From: Dehalococcoidia bacterium
Lineage (GTDB): Bacteria; Chloroflexota; Dehalococcoidia; Lucifugimonadales; SHYT01
Direction: 5' to 3'
DNA: 64,000 nucleotides
Assembly (NCBI GenBank): GCA_009693045.1
Contig: SHXZ01000003.1
Coordinates: 128,958 to 192,957, forward strand
The notes under the pieces are model-generated. The model saw only the letters and a list, made by a program, of their open reading frames with translations, searched no databases and was not told where the DNA came from. The position numbers and the translations under genes are program-made. The first letter of the stretch is position 1; the number at the start of each line of letters is the position of its first letter. Below, in pieces: positions 47,746 to 56,858 of this stretch.

Positions 47746-48567
47746 TCACAGCCCCAACAGCTTGTCCAGGCCGAGCGTCAGCCCCTTGCGCTTGGAGACC
47801 TCCCGCACGGCCATGAGGACGCCGGGCATGTAGCACTCGCGGTTGAGGGCGTCGTGGCGGAGGGACATCGTCTGGCCGGCGGTGCCGAGCAGCACCTCGT
47901 GGTGCGCCATGCGCCCCGGCATCCGGATGCTGTGAACACCCACGCCCTGCGTCTCGCCGCCGCGCGCGCCCTTGAGCGGCTCCTTCTCCGGCGCGGGGTG
48001 CTCGAACGGCTTGCCGTGGGACTCCGCCAGCGCCCGCGCGATGGCCAGCGCCGTGCCGGACGGCGAGTCAATCTTCGCCTCGTGGTGCGCCTCAATGACG
48101 TCCACGTAGTCAAAGTACTTGCCCACGACCTTCGCGAGGTGGATGAGCAGCACCGCGCCGAGCGCGAAGTTGGGCGCGACGATGACGCCAAGCCCACGCT
48201 CCTGGGCCGTGGCGTCCAGCTCCTTCAGGTTCGCGTCGGTGAGGCCGGTCGTGCCGGTCACGACGTGGACGCCTCGCGCGAGGGCGGCCTTGGCCGCCGC
48301 CATCGCGGCTTCCGAGGTGCTGAAGTCCACCAGCACGTGCGGCGTGGTCGCGTCCAGCACATCGCCGACCTTGTTGCTGAGCGGCACGCGGCCCGCTCCG
48401 GTGGGCAATTCCAGGTCGGTGTGCCCGGCGGTGTTGCGGTGGACGGCGCCCACGACACGGAGGTCGGTGGTCTTGCTGACGGCGGCGACGACCTCGCGGC
48501 CCATCTTGCCGGAAGCGCCGTGGACCAGAACGCGGACCGTGCGGGTGGCTACGGTTGATTGCGTCAT
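47746..48567 (-). CDS. dapB: 4-hydroxy-tetrahydrodipicolinate reductase
   Basis: GASGKMG, GTTG, APNF, EAHHEAKIDSPSGTA. Confidence 0.96.
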   Translation of the reverse strand: MTQSTVATRTVRVLVHGASGKMGREVVAAVSKTTDLRVVGAVHRNTAGHTDLELPTGAGRVPLSNKVGDVLDATTPHVLVDFSTSEAAMAAAKAALARGVHVVTGTTGLTDANLKELDATAQERGLGVIVAPNFALGAVLLIHLAKVVGKYFDYVDVIEAHHEAKIDSPSGTALAIARALAESHGKPFEHPAPEKEPLKGARGGETQGVGVHSIRMPGRMAHHEVLLGTAGQTMSLRHDALNRECYMPGVLMAVREVSKRKGLTLGLDKLLGL

Positions 48568-48635
48568 ACGCCCCCTCCTGGTGTTTGTCGTGCACACCGA
48601 ACCCAAAATTGTGCGGCGCCTGCGGCCCCCAACCC

Positions 48636-49281
48636 ATAGGGGCGACTCAACGGGTCGCCCCTACGATACTACCGTTGTGGGTTGGAGAAAAGTCCCTCCT
48701 GCGCAGCGGCAGAGATGGTATTTAGTGGCCGCCGTCGTTGATTGCTTTGTTTCTTGCGGTGCAGCCGGCTTTTGCTAGGGTTGTTTTTTCGCCGAGCAAA
48801 CGCCTGGAAGCTGGTCGTGACGGGCTTTGTGCAGTTGCCATAGGGTCCCCAGTTTCGCCAATTCAATGCTATGCACCTCAAGGGCGCAGCGCCCAAACCG
48901 TGGCGTTGAGGAGACGGGAAGCGACGCTGCGTGTTCATAGCATTAGGTTACGACTGGGCGGGCTTTTCCGGAAGGGGGCGATGGCAGCGGGGTGGAGTGT
49001 TTGGCGCCGGGTGGCGTCGGCGCAAGGGGTAGGGGTGCACGGCCGTGCACCCCTACGGGCAACGAATGTGTATCGAACTTCGGCGGATTCGACCGGCATA
49101 CCGGGATGGCATACCGGCATCGAGAGCGCGGGCTTGCTGGCGCAGCGCGGCATGCTGACGTGTTCCCGGCGTATGGCGTAGGGGCGAGGCATGCCTCGCC
49201 CCTACGGTCTTGGGCAAGGTGGTTAGTGTGTCCAGACGACCTCCGCCAAAGCGTATGGGCGACCCGGCGGGTCGCCCATAC
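48636..49281. repeat. cluster of four GTAG-type REP palindromes
   Basis: copies at 48636, 49029, 49178 and 49253, each with compensatory stem variants. Confidence 0.85.
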
Positions 49282-49306
49282 ATCAGCGCAGTGGTGGCGG
49301 TATGCG

Positions 49307-51520
49307 CTAGAACTGCCGGCGGAAGCCGCCGTCTGGACGCGGCGGGCCGCCCGGTCTGCGGTCGCCGAAGCGAGGCGGGCCGCCGGGGCCGGGGCGCCGG
49401 TCGGGTGGCGCGCTCGCGCGGTCGCGGGCGTACTCTTCCTCGGACATCATGGTGGCTTTGCGCGACAGGTTCACGCGGCCCATCATGTCAATCTCAATCA
49501 CTTTGACGGTGATCTCCTGGCCGATCTTGACCTCGTCTTCAACGGTGTCTATGGGTTCCTTGGAGAGCTCTCCGATGCGGACGAGGCCGTCTTTGCCCGG
49601 CGCAAAGGTCACGAACGCGCCGAAGGACGTGATGCGCGACACCTTGCCGGTAAAGACGTCGCCAAGCCTGACTTCTTTGGTCAGCGCCTCGATCATGGCG
49701 CGCGCCATGTCCAGGGCCTCGCCGTTTGGCGAGCCGATGAGCACGGTGCCGTCGTCCTCAACGTCCACGGTGGCTTTGGTGGCTTCAATGATGCCGCGGA
49801 TGGTCTTGCCGCCCGGGCCGATGAGCGCGCCGATCTTGTCCACGGGGATGGAGATTCGGACCACGCGCGGCGCGTAGGGGCTGAGCGTCGTTCGCGTCTC
49901 CGGGATGGCCTTGCGGATGACGTCGAGGATGACAAGCCGGGCTTCGCGCGCGCGGGCTAGCGTCTCTTCCACGACGCCCTTGGGAAGACCATGGAGCTTT
50001 GAGTCCATCTGGATGGCGGTGACGCCTTGCGACGTACCGGCCACCTTGAAGTCCATGTCGCCCTGGTAGTCCTCAAGACCCTGGATGTCGGTCAGCACGA
50101 CGTGGCGGCCGTTATCACCGGTGACGAGGCCCATGGCGATGCCGGCGACGGGCGCTTTGATGGGGACGCCCGCGTCCATGAGCGCGAGGGTGGAGCCGCA
50201 GACGCTGGCCATGGAGGTGCTACCGTTGGAGCCGAGCGTCTCGGAGACGAGGCGGATGGTGTAGGGGAACTCTTCCTCGTTGGGGACGACCGGCTCAAGG
50301 GCGCGTTCGGCGAGCGCGCCGTGGCCGACTTCGCGGCGGCCGGTGCCAAGGCGACGCACTTCGCCCACGCTGAAGGGCGGGAAGTTGTAGTGGTGCAGGA
50401 ACCGCCTGGATACCTCAGGGTCGAGGGTGTCCAGCTTCTGACGCTCGCCGAGCGAGCCGAGCGTGGCGATGGTGAGGACCTGGGTCTGGCCGCGCCGGAA
50501 GAGGCCGGTGCCGTGGGTCCTGGGGAGCAGGCCGACTGCGGCGCTGAGCGGACGTATCTGGTCGACGCGGCGCCCGTCGGGGCGCTGGCCGCGTTCCAGG
50601 ATGCCGCCTCGGAGCGTCTTGCGGGTCAGCGCCTCAAAGGCGGCTTTGACCGCGTCCTTGGCCTTGGGAAACTGCTCCGCCATGGCAGCCTGCGCCTCGC
50701 TCTCAAGCGGGCCAAGGCCACCGCCCTCGCCCTTCTCCGCGCCGCTGAACACCGCCTCGCGGATGCGCGCGCCGACGAGGGCTTCCAGACGCCGGTCCAG
50801 CTCCGGATCGGGCTTTGGCGGGGCGGGCAACACCATCTTGGGCTTGCCGACCTCGCGGACCATCTGCTCAATGACGCGGATGACCTCGCGGTTGGCCTCC
50901 AGGCCCTTCTCTACCGCGCGGGCGACCACGTCTTCCGTGGCCTCTTTGCCTGCCGCCTCCAGCATCACGACGGAGTCGCGGGCGCCGGCGACCACGATGT
51001 CCAGCGAACCGTCGGCCATCTGCTGGAAGGTGGGGTTGACGACGAGCTCGCCGTTGACGACGCCGACGCGGCAGCCGGCAACGGGGCCGTCAAAGGGGAT
51101 GTCGGAGATGGCGAGCGCCGCCGCCGCGCCCACGAGGGCGGGGACGTCGGTGGGGTTCTCCTGGTCGACGGAGAGGGTGGTGATGATGATCTGCACCTCG
51201 TTGCGGAGGTGCTTGGGGAAGAGCGGGCGAATAGCGCGGTCCACGAGGCGTCCGCTGAGGACAGCTTCCTGGCCGGGACGGCCCTCGCGGCGAAAGAAGC
51301 TGCCGGGGATGCGGCCCGCGGCGTAGAGCCGCTCCTCAAAGTCAACGGTGAGGGGCAAGAAGTCTATGCCCTCGCGGGGCACTCCGCCCCGGGTGGCGGT
51401 CACCAGGAGCACGGTGTCGCCGATGCGGACGGTGACGGCGCCGTGGGCCTGCTGCGCCCACTCGCCGGTCTCTATGATGACGGTACGGCCTGCCAGATCA
51501 CACTCGTAACGATGGAGCAT
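49307..51520 (-). CDS. pnp: polyribonucleotide nucleotidyltransferase
   Basis: FLPLTVDFEER, RREGRP, SNGSTSMASVC, GDMDFKVAG, KH and S1 domains. Confidence 0.98.
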   Translation of the reverse strand: MLHRYECDLAGRTVIIETGEWAQQAHGAVTVRIGDTVLLVTATRGGVPREGIDFLPLTVDFEERLYAAGRIPGSFFRREGRPGQEAVLSGRLVDRAIRPLFPKHLRNEVQIIITTLSVDQENPTDVPALVGAAAALAISDIPFDGPVAGCRVGVVNGELVVNPTFQQMADGSLDIVVAGARDSVVMLEAAGKEATEDVVARAVEKGLEANREVIRVIEQMVREVGKPKMVLPAPPKPDPELDRRLEALVGARIREAVFSGAEKGEGGGLGPLESEAQAAMAEQFPKAKDAVKAAFEALTRKTLRGGILERGQRPDGRRVDQIRPLSAAVGLLPRTHGTGLFRRGQTQVLTIATLGSLGERQKLDTLDPEVSRRFLHHYNFPPFSVGEVRRLGTGRREVGHGALAERALEPVVPNEEEFPYTIRLVSETLGSNGSTSMASVCGSTLALMDAGVPIKAPVAGIAMGLVTGDNGRHVVLTDIQGLEDYQGDMDFKVAGTSQGVTAIQMDSKLHGLPKGVVEETLARAREARLVILDVIRKAIPETRTTLSPYAPRVVRISIPVDKIGALIGPGGKTIRGIIEATKATVDVEDDGTVLIGSPNGEALDMARAMIEALTKEVRLGDVFTGKVSRITSFGAFVTFAPGKDGLVRIGELSKEPIDTVEDEVKIGQEITVKVIEIDMMGRVNLSRKATMMSEEEYARDRASAPPDRRPGPGGPPRFGDRRPGGPPRPDGGFRRQF

Positions 51521-51554
51521 GGGCTACACCTCCTCAGGGGCCACTAGACGAGAA

Positions 51555-51583
51555 GTAGGGGCGGGTTTCAAACCCGCCCCTAC
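51555..51583. repeat. GTAG-type REP overlapping the rpsO stop codon
   Basis: GTAGGGGCGGGTTTCAAACCCGCCCCTAC; its terminal GTAG on the minus strand contains the rpsO TAG. Confidence 0.85.
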
Positions 51584-51843
51584 CGGCGAAGACCAAGACG
51601 GCCGATGAGTGTGGTGTAGCGCGTAGGTTCTTCTCGCGCCAGATACACCAGCAACCGCCTGCGGTGGCCCACAAGCTTAAGCAGGCCACGGCGGCTGTGG
51701 TTGTCCATCGGGTTGGCGCGCAGATGCCCTGTCAGGTGCTCTATGTGGCGGGTGATCAGGGCTACCTGGACCTCCGTGGACCCCGAGTCTTTCGGGTGAG
51801 CGCGGAACTCGGCGACAGTCTGTTGCTTACGCTCCCTGTCCAA
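51580..51843 (-). CDS. rpsO: 30S ribosomal protein S15
   Basis: [38 protein letters not shown]. Confidence 0.97.
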   Translation of the reverse strand: MDRERKQQTVAEFRAHPKDSGSTEVQVALITRHIEHLTGHLRANPMDNHSRRGLLKLVGHRRRLLVYLAREEPTRYTTLIGRLGLRR

Positions 51844-52240
51844 GCCTACCTCTTCTTGTGGTGATCTTCACTCTTTTTCACAGGGGTAAGTATAGCACAT
51901 GGACCGTGGGAGGGACGGTCCGCAGATTTCGCAGATTCTTCAGCTTGGCGGGACGGGGAAGCTGCCTATTGACATGGGGGTTGGAGCGTGCCTGGCGATG
52001 GCTTGGTGGCCGCAACCTAACCCCTTGCCCCTTCCCTGCAGGGAAGGGGCAAGAACCTAGGGTACGCCGAGGGACTGCTAGCCCCTCGGGCTCCCAGAGC
52101 ACCGGGGCGGTACGACCGGAGTACCGCGCAGGTGGAGGGATACGGATTCTTCGCTGCGGCTCAGAATGACAAGAAGGGCGGTCAAAATGACAGAGTGGGC
52201 GCTCGGGACGACAAGGCCCGTTGCTCGTGCGCTCGGCGCG

Positions 52241-53143
52241 TCACGGCGCCAGCACCCCTAGCGCCTTGGGGGCGACCTGGAAGACGGCGGGGGTCTTGGT
52301 GACGGGCTCGCCGTCGGCCCAGATGGTCACGGGCTCCTTGGTGGCGATCTCCATGCGCGTGAAGGTGTGCATGGAGACGCGCGGGTGGCGGGTGTGGCCG
52401 CCGGAGAAGACCTTGGGGAGCATCTGGAGCACGTCCAGCTTTGGCACCTCGCGGACGAGGCACAGATCCAGGCGACCGTCGTCCACGACCGCGGGCGGAG
52501 CGATTTTCATGCCTCCCGCGTAGATGGCCGCGTTGCCAGTGGCCGCGAGGAACACCGGCCCTTCAAAGTCACCGCCGTCGCCGGTGATACGCACCCAGAT
52601 GGGGCGGTACCGCATGAGGCTGACCAGCGTGCCGTAGATGTACGCACTCCTGCCGGTGAGGACGCGCGGGGTCTTGCCATCGTTCACGTAGGCGGCGACG
52701 ACGCTGTCAAACCCCATGGTGGCGACGGTGTTGAAGTAGCAGCCGTTGACCACGCCAAGGTCAATGGCACGGACGTTGCCCGCGAGGAGCGTTTGGACGG
52801 CGGCGAGCGGGTCGCGGGGGATGTTGAGGGTGCGGGCGAGGTCGTCGCAGCGGCCCAGCGGCACGAGGCCGAAGGTGACGGCGCCGGTTGGGGCCTGAGC
52901 GCGCTTGATGCCGTTGACGACTTCGTGGGCGGTGCCGTCGCCGCCGCAGCAAACCACGTGGGTGGCGCCCTCACGCACGGCGATGGAGGCCAGCTGTTCG
53001 GCGTGGCCCTGGCGCTGTGTCCAGGTCAGGTCCACACTGCGGCCGGCATCGCGCAGGCGCGCGGCAACCTGCTCCACCAGGTAGCGCTTCTTGCCTCGCC
53101 CGCTGATGGGGTTGGCGATGAGGAGCCAGCGTTCGTCAGGCAT
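52241..53143 (-). CDS. diacylglycerol kinase family lipid kinase (YegS/DagK-like)
   Basis: NPISG, GGDGT..EVVNG, GGM, DDGRLD, ADGE. Confidence 0.9.
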   Translation of the reverse strand: MPDERWLLIANPISGRGKKRYLVEQVAARLRDAGRSVDLTWTQRQGHAEQLASIAVREGATHVVCCGGDGTAHEVVNGIKRAQAPTGAVTFGLVPLGRCDDLARTLNIPRDPLAAVQTLLAGNVRAIDLGVVNGCYFNTVATMGFDSVVAAYVNDGKTPRVLTGRSAYIYGTLVSLMRYRPIWVRITGDGGDFEGPVFLAATGNAAIYAGGMKIAPPAVVDDGRLDLCLVREVPKLDVLQMLPKVFSGGHTRHPRVSMHTFTRMEIATKEPVTIWADGEPVTKTPAVFQVAPKALGVLAP

Positions 53144-53217
53144 GGTTACGGGCGAGAGGCCCTTTCTTCCAAGAAAGGGCCTCTCGCGCTCTCTCCAAAG
53201 AACTTTTGCACATAGGT

Positions 53218-54828
53218 TTACGTTACATCTGCCAAGAAAATCGGCGGCACGTGCAAGTAGGTGACTTTGGGGTTGGGACCGACGGTATCCTTGGCCATGT
53301 CCAGGGCCTGCTGGACGCTCGGCGCGGTGGCGTAGCCGAGCCGGTCGGCGACCGACTTGTCCTTTGCGCCGACGACAATGGTCTTGCCGACGTAGTCCTG
53401 GGCCGCGGCCGCCCAGTACCACGCGTAGAACGGGTGGACGCCGTGGAAGGCGTAGCCGTGGCGGTACTGCTCAATATACTTCGGGTTGGCCGCGAACTCC
53501 GCCTCAAACCCCTTCTCCACGCCCTGCTGGTCGCGCGTCTGCGAGAGCACGCGGTTATAGAACTCAATGTACGAGGGGTGGTGGCCCGCGTGGAACCGCT
53601 CCTCAAGCGGGTGCGTGGCGATGAGGACGCCGCCTTTGCGGAGCAGCGGCTTCCCCTTGTACATGTTGAAGAGGTAGCCGAGCACCAGGCAGTGAAACAG
53701 CACGGGGTTGAGGACCGAGTTGACGTTGTACGGCATCAGGTACGGCACGCCGACGATGAGCACGTCGGCCTGTCCCTGGACGGGCACCGCCTGCTGCTGG
53801 AACAGGTTCGCCAGCGTGTAGTCGTGGACGGGGCCTGTTGCGCCCGCGGCGATGCCGGTGAGGCCGTACGGCGAGCGGATGGAGTGGAAGATGCTGCGGC
53901 GCAACTCAAAGGGCGCTGTGCCCATGAACGCTTTGGTGTTCTGGAAGACGGCGCGCTCCCACGGCGCCCACGTCCACTCAGGCTTCTGGAGGTGGCGTAG
54001 CATTCCCGGAAAGGTGTTGGTGTTGAACGTGGTCTCAATCTTGAAGACCTTGACGTGCTCTTCTATGACCGCGTTCTGGCGGACGCACGAGTCGTGGAGG
54101 GCGGAGCGCGATGGGTCCATAAGGGAGGTGTGCTTGAGGGTGTGGACGTTGTGGTGGTGGCGCAGCGTCTGGTAGGTGGTGAGGCCCGTTGGGACGGACT
54201 TGACGCCGCCGTCCATGGACGTGAGGTTGAGGTTGACGTAGATGAGCAGGTCGGAGTCCAGGACGCGCTTGGGCATCTCCACGGTCTCGCCGCGCGAGGT
54301 CTTGCCCACCTCGGCGATGTTCTCGCGGTCCTCGGCGTCGTGGTTATAGAGCGTGCGCGGGAAGTGGGCCTTGTAGACGCGAGGGCCGACGGCGTGGCGC
54401 AATTCGCCGGGGGTCATGCGGCGGTGGAGGCCCAGCGCGGCGACGATGTGGACATCGTCCACGCCCTTGGCGGCGAGCTTCGCCAGCACCTTCTCAATCA
54501 TGCGGCCTCGGAGGTCCGGCGACTTCATCGGCGGGAGCGGCAGCGAGAGGTCGTCAAAAGCGATGGTGACCTTCATGCCAGGCTTGAGCTGCGCCGAGAG
54601 CGGGTCCATGCCCAGGGGGTGCTCCATCGCCTGCTCTATGGCCGCGTCCACGTCGGCGATGGGCGACAGAGGCGGCGGCGGGTACACGACGCGCGTGCCG
54701 AGGGGAAGGCGCTCGGTCAGGAACCCCTCGCCGTAGTGGAAGACGTACTTCCGCTTGGGGTCTTCCACGGTGGTGACGAGGGCGGACTTGTCTAGCTCGG
54801 CGGCGGACCACTGGCCTCGTTGCGCCAT
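53218..54828 (-). CDS. lactate racemase (LarA/DUF2088)-like protein
   Basis: P.G..PL, IAFDD, ALGLHR.MT, NHDA, GGVK. Confidence 0.75.
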   Translation of the reverse strand: MAQRGQWSAAELDKSALVTTVEDPKRKYVFHYGEGFLTERLPLGTRVVYPPPPLSPIADVDAAIEQAMEHPLGMDPLSAQLKPGMKVTIAFDDLSLPLPPMKSPDLRGRMIEKVLAKLAAKGVDDVHIVAALGLHRRMTPGELRHAVGPRVYKAHFPRTLYNHDAEDRENIAEVGKTSRGETVEMPKRVLDSDLLIYVNLNLTSMDGGVKSVPTGLTTYQTLRHHHNVHTLKHTSLMDPSRSALHDSCVRQNAVIEEHVKVFKIETTFNTNTFPGMLRHLQKPEWTWAPWERAVFQNTKAFMGTAPFELRRSIFHSIRSPYGLTGIAAGATGPVHDYTLANLFQQQAVPVQGQADVLIVGVPYLMPYNVNSVLNPVLFHCLVLGYLFNMYKGKPLLRKGGVLIATHPLEERFHAGHHPSYIEFYNRVLSQTRDQQGVEKGFEAEFAANPKYIEQYRHGYAFHGVHPFYAWYWAAAAQDYVGKTIVVGAKDKSVADRLGYATAPSVQQALDMAKDTVGPNPKVTYLHVPPIFLADVT

Positions 54829-54888
54829 GCATCAGCCTCACTGGTTTCAGCTATAAGGGCGTTGGTCGTATTTGCGTGCTCTACCCCA

Positions 54889-55076
54889 GAGCCTGCGAAG
54901 GAACTGTCTTGCGATCCCTTGGCCTTCCCGTCGACCTTCGGTGTCCGGTGCCCACAAGCCAACCTTGGGGACGCCCACCGCCTCACCACCCACCTCTCCC
55001 TCAATCCCTCCCCGACGCGGGGAGGGATCCCCTCATCTGAGCGGCGACGCAAGTGTTGGCATTTGTTCACAGCCTC
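54889..55076. mobile_element. MITE copy 2
   Basis: aligns along its length with 2219..2399; ends GAGCCTGCGAA / TTCACAGCCTC; flanks CCA/TCA. Confidence 0.8.
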
Positions 55077-55119
55077 TCACCTAGCCTCCCTTTACCAGGG
55101 GAGCAATTGGTGTGCCGCG

Positions 55120-55150
55120 CTACGTCAGGTCAAACACCACCTTGACCGAC
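55120..55150 (-). repeat. displaced copy of the 3' end of the Zn-dehydrogenase gene
   Basis: 21 identical bp plus synonymous variants encoding SVKVVFDLT* (gene ends ESVKVVFDLTG*). Confidence 0.8.
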
Positions 55151-55276
55151 GCTGTACTGTCAGGTTGAGTCATACCGTATCGTTCGCAAAGTTCTTACTT
55201 CACCCCTAACCCCTCTCCGCAATGCGGAGAGGGGGAAAGCCTCACCTCCACGATCTGCAACTGAAGGCCGAGGTGA

Positions 55277-56500
55277 TTATCCCGTCAGGTCAAACACCAC
55301 CTTCACGGACTCGTGCTTGCCCGCGTGCATGGCCGTTGCGAAGGCCTCGCGGTAACGGGAGAGCGGGAATTTGTGGCGCACGAGTTGCGCCAGCCTCTCG
55401 CCCCAGCCTTGCCTCGCGAGCATGTCCAGCGCCAGCTGGAAGGTGCTCATTTGCCCTTCCCCGTGCTGCTCCGCGCCGTACGCATAGGCGCCGAGGACCG
55501 CGAGCTCTTTGTACCAGAGCGGAGTGAGGTCCGCTCTCGGCTCGCCGGGCATGCCGACCATCACCACCGTGCCGCGCGCCCTCGTCCAGCGCAGCGCGTC
55601 TTCCCAGGCGCTCGCGGAGCCGATGCACACGAAGCTCGCGTCAACGCCGCCGAGCACGTTCGGCTTGCCCCAGGGCAGCTTGAGCAGCTTGGCGCCGGTC
55701 ATCTCGGCGAGGCGCTGGTAGAGGCCACCCGTGCCGAGGACGCGCTGAGCGCCCAACTCTTTCGCCAGCGCCTGCTGGTGCGGGTACTTGGCAACAGCCA
55801 CAATGGTACATTCCGGCGCGAAGGCGCGCAACGCGGCGATGGTGAGGAGGCCGATGGTGCCGCAGCCCAGCACGAGGACCCTACTTCTCGGGGCGAGTTT
55901 AGCGCGGAGCGCGGCGTGGACGGCGCAAGCGAGGGGCTCCACAAGCACCGCGGCTTCATTGGAAATGGCGTCGGGGACGGGGTAGAGCTGGGAGTGATGG
56001 GCCACCAGGCTCGGGCCCCAGCCGCCGCCGGTGTCGCGGCAGAAGCCGGTCTGGATGCCGGAGGAGATGTCGCCGTCCATGACCCGCTCGCAGGCCGCGT
56101 AGTAGCCGGATCGGCATGGCGCGCACGGCTCAGCGAATCCGCGCACGCGGCACCCGAGCGCGGGCTCCAGCACCACGCGCTGCCCGACCGCAAGGCCGGA
56201 GACTTGGCCGCCTACGTCCGCAATCTCCCCGACGAGCTCGTGGCCCGGAACAAAAGGAAAGGAGACGAGCTCTGAAAGGTAGGGTGTTCCCTCCGCGGTG
56301 ATCACGGCGACGTCCGACCCGCAGACGCCGCTCAAGAGGGGGCGCACGCGTACCCACTGCGCGGTCGGCAGCTTGGGTTCCGGCACGTCCTCAAGGTGGA
56401 TGGCCGACGCCACGCCAGTCACGATGCTGGGGTAGCGCTTGCCGACCAGCTTTGCAGCTATAAAGCGGGGGACACTCCGGCGATAGTGAAGGGCGAGCAT
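55277..56500 (-). CDS. zinc-binding dehydrogenase
   Basis: GVCGSD, GHELVG, C..C......C, EPLACAVH, GCGTIG. Confidence 0.9.
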   Translation of the reverse strand: MLALHYRRSVPRFIAAKLVGKRYPSIVTGVASAIHLEDVPEPKLPTAQWVRVRPLLSGVCGSDVAVITAEGTPYLSELVSFPFVPGHELVGEIADVGGQVSGLAVGQRVVLEPALGCRVRGFAEPCAPCRSGYYAACERVMDGDISSGIQTGFCRDTGGGWGPSLVAHHSQLYPVPDAISNEAAVLVEPLACAVHAALRAKLAPRSRVLVLGCGTIGLLTIAALRAFAPECTIVAVAKYPHQQALAKELGAQRVLGTGGLYQRLAEMTGAKLLKLPWGKPNVLGGVDASFVCIGSASAWEDALRWTRARGTVVMVGMPGEPRADLTPLWYKELAVLGAYAYGAEQHGEGQMSTFQLALDMLARQGWGERLAQLVRHKFPLSRYREAFATAMHAGKHESVKVVFDLTG

Positions 56501-56599
56501 GTGGCTATTGTACGGACATGGACACGCACGCACCAGCAGGGAAGGTTGGCATCCCGCTCCACCAGTCAGTCCACACCGTTCAAGAGAGGTCCGCGCGGA

Positions 56600-56752
56600 T
56601 CAGTGGCGAGAGGCCGCCTTGCCCTTGCTGTTCCCTGGGAGCTGGTCCCGCCGCATCACAACGTACACCCGCTTAAGGGCGTAGAGCACGACCAGCAGCA
56701 GGGCGATGCTTATGCCGCCCAGGACGATGCCAATGACTTCAGGACCGCTCAT
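56600..56752 (-). CDS. 50-aa single-TM protein
   Basis: MSGPEVIGIVLGGISIALLLVVLYALKRVY...; below the ORF-track length cut-off; purine-rich upstream region. Confidence 0.6.
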   Translation of the reverse strand: MSGPEVIGIVLGGISIALLLVVLYALKRVYVVMRRDQLPGNSKGKAASRH

Positions 56753-56858
56753 CCTTCGTGCTCCTGTCCTCACTTACTTGCGCGTACGTCGGATGCACCT
56801 TAAGACACTGAAGCCCTCTGGGAGCCAGCTTCGCCGTGTCGCCCGACGTTTGCGTCCA

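Noticed and set aside
48600-49300. REP cluster as a CRISPR array
   Set aside because: Repeats differ in sequence, spacing is irregular, and there are no cas genes.
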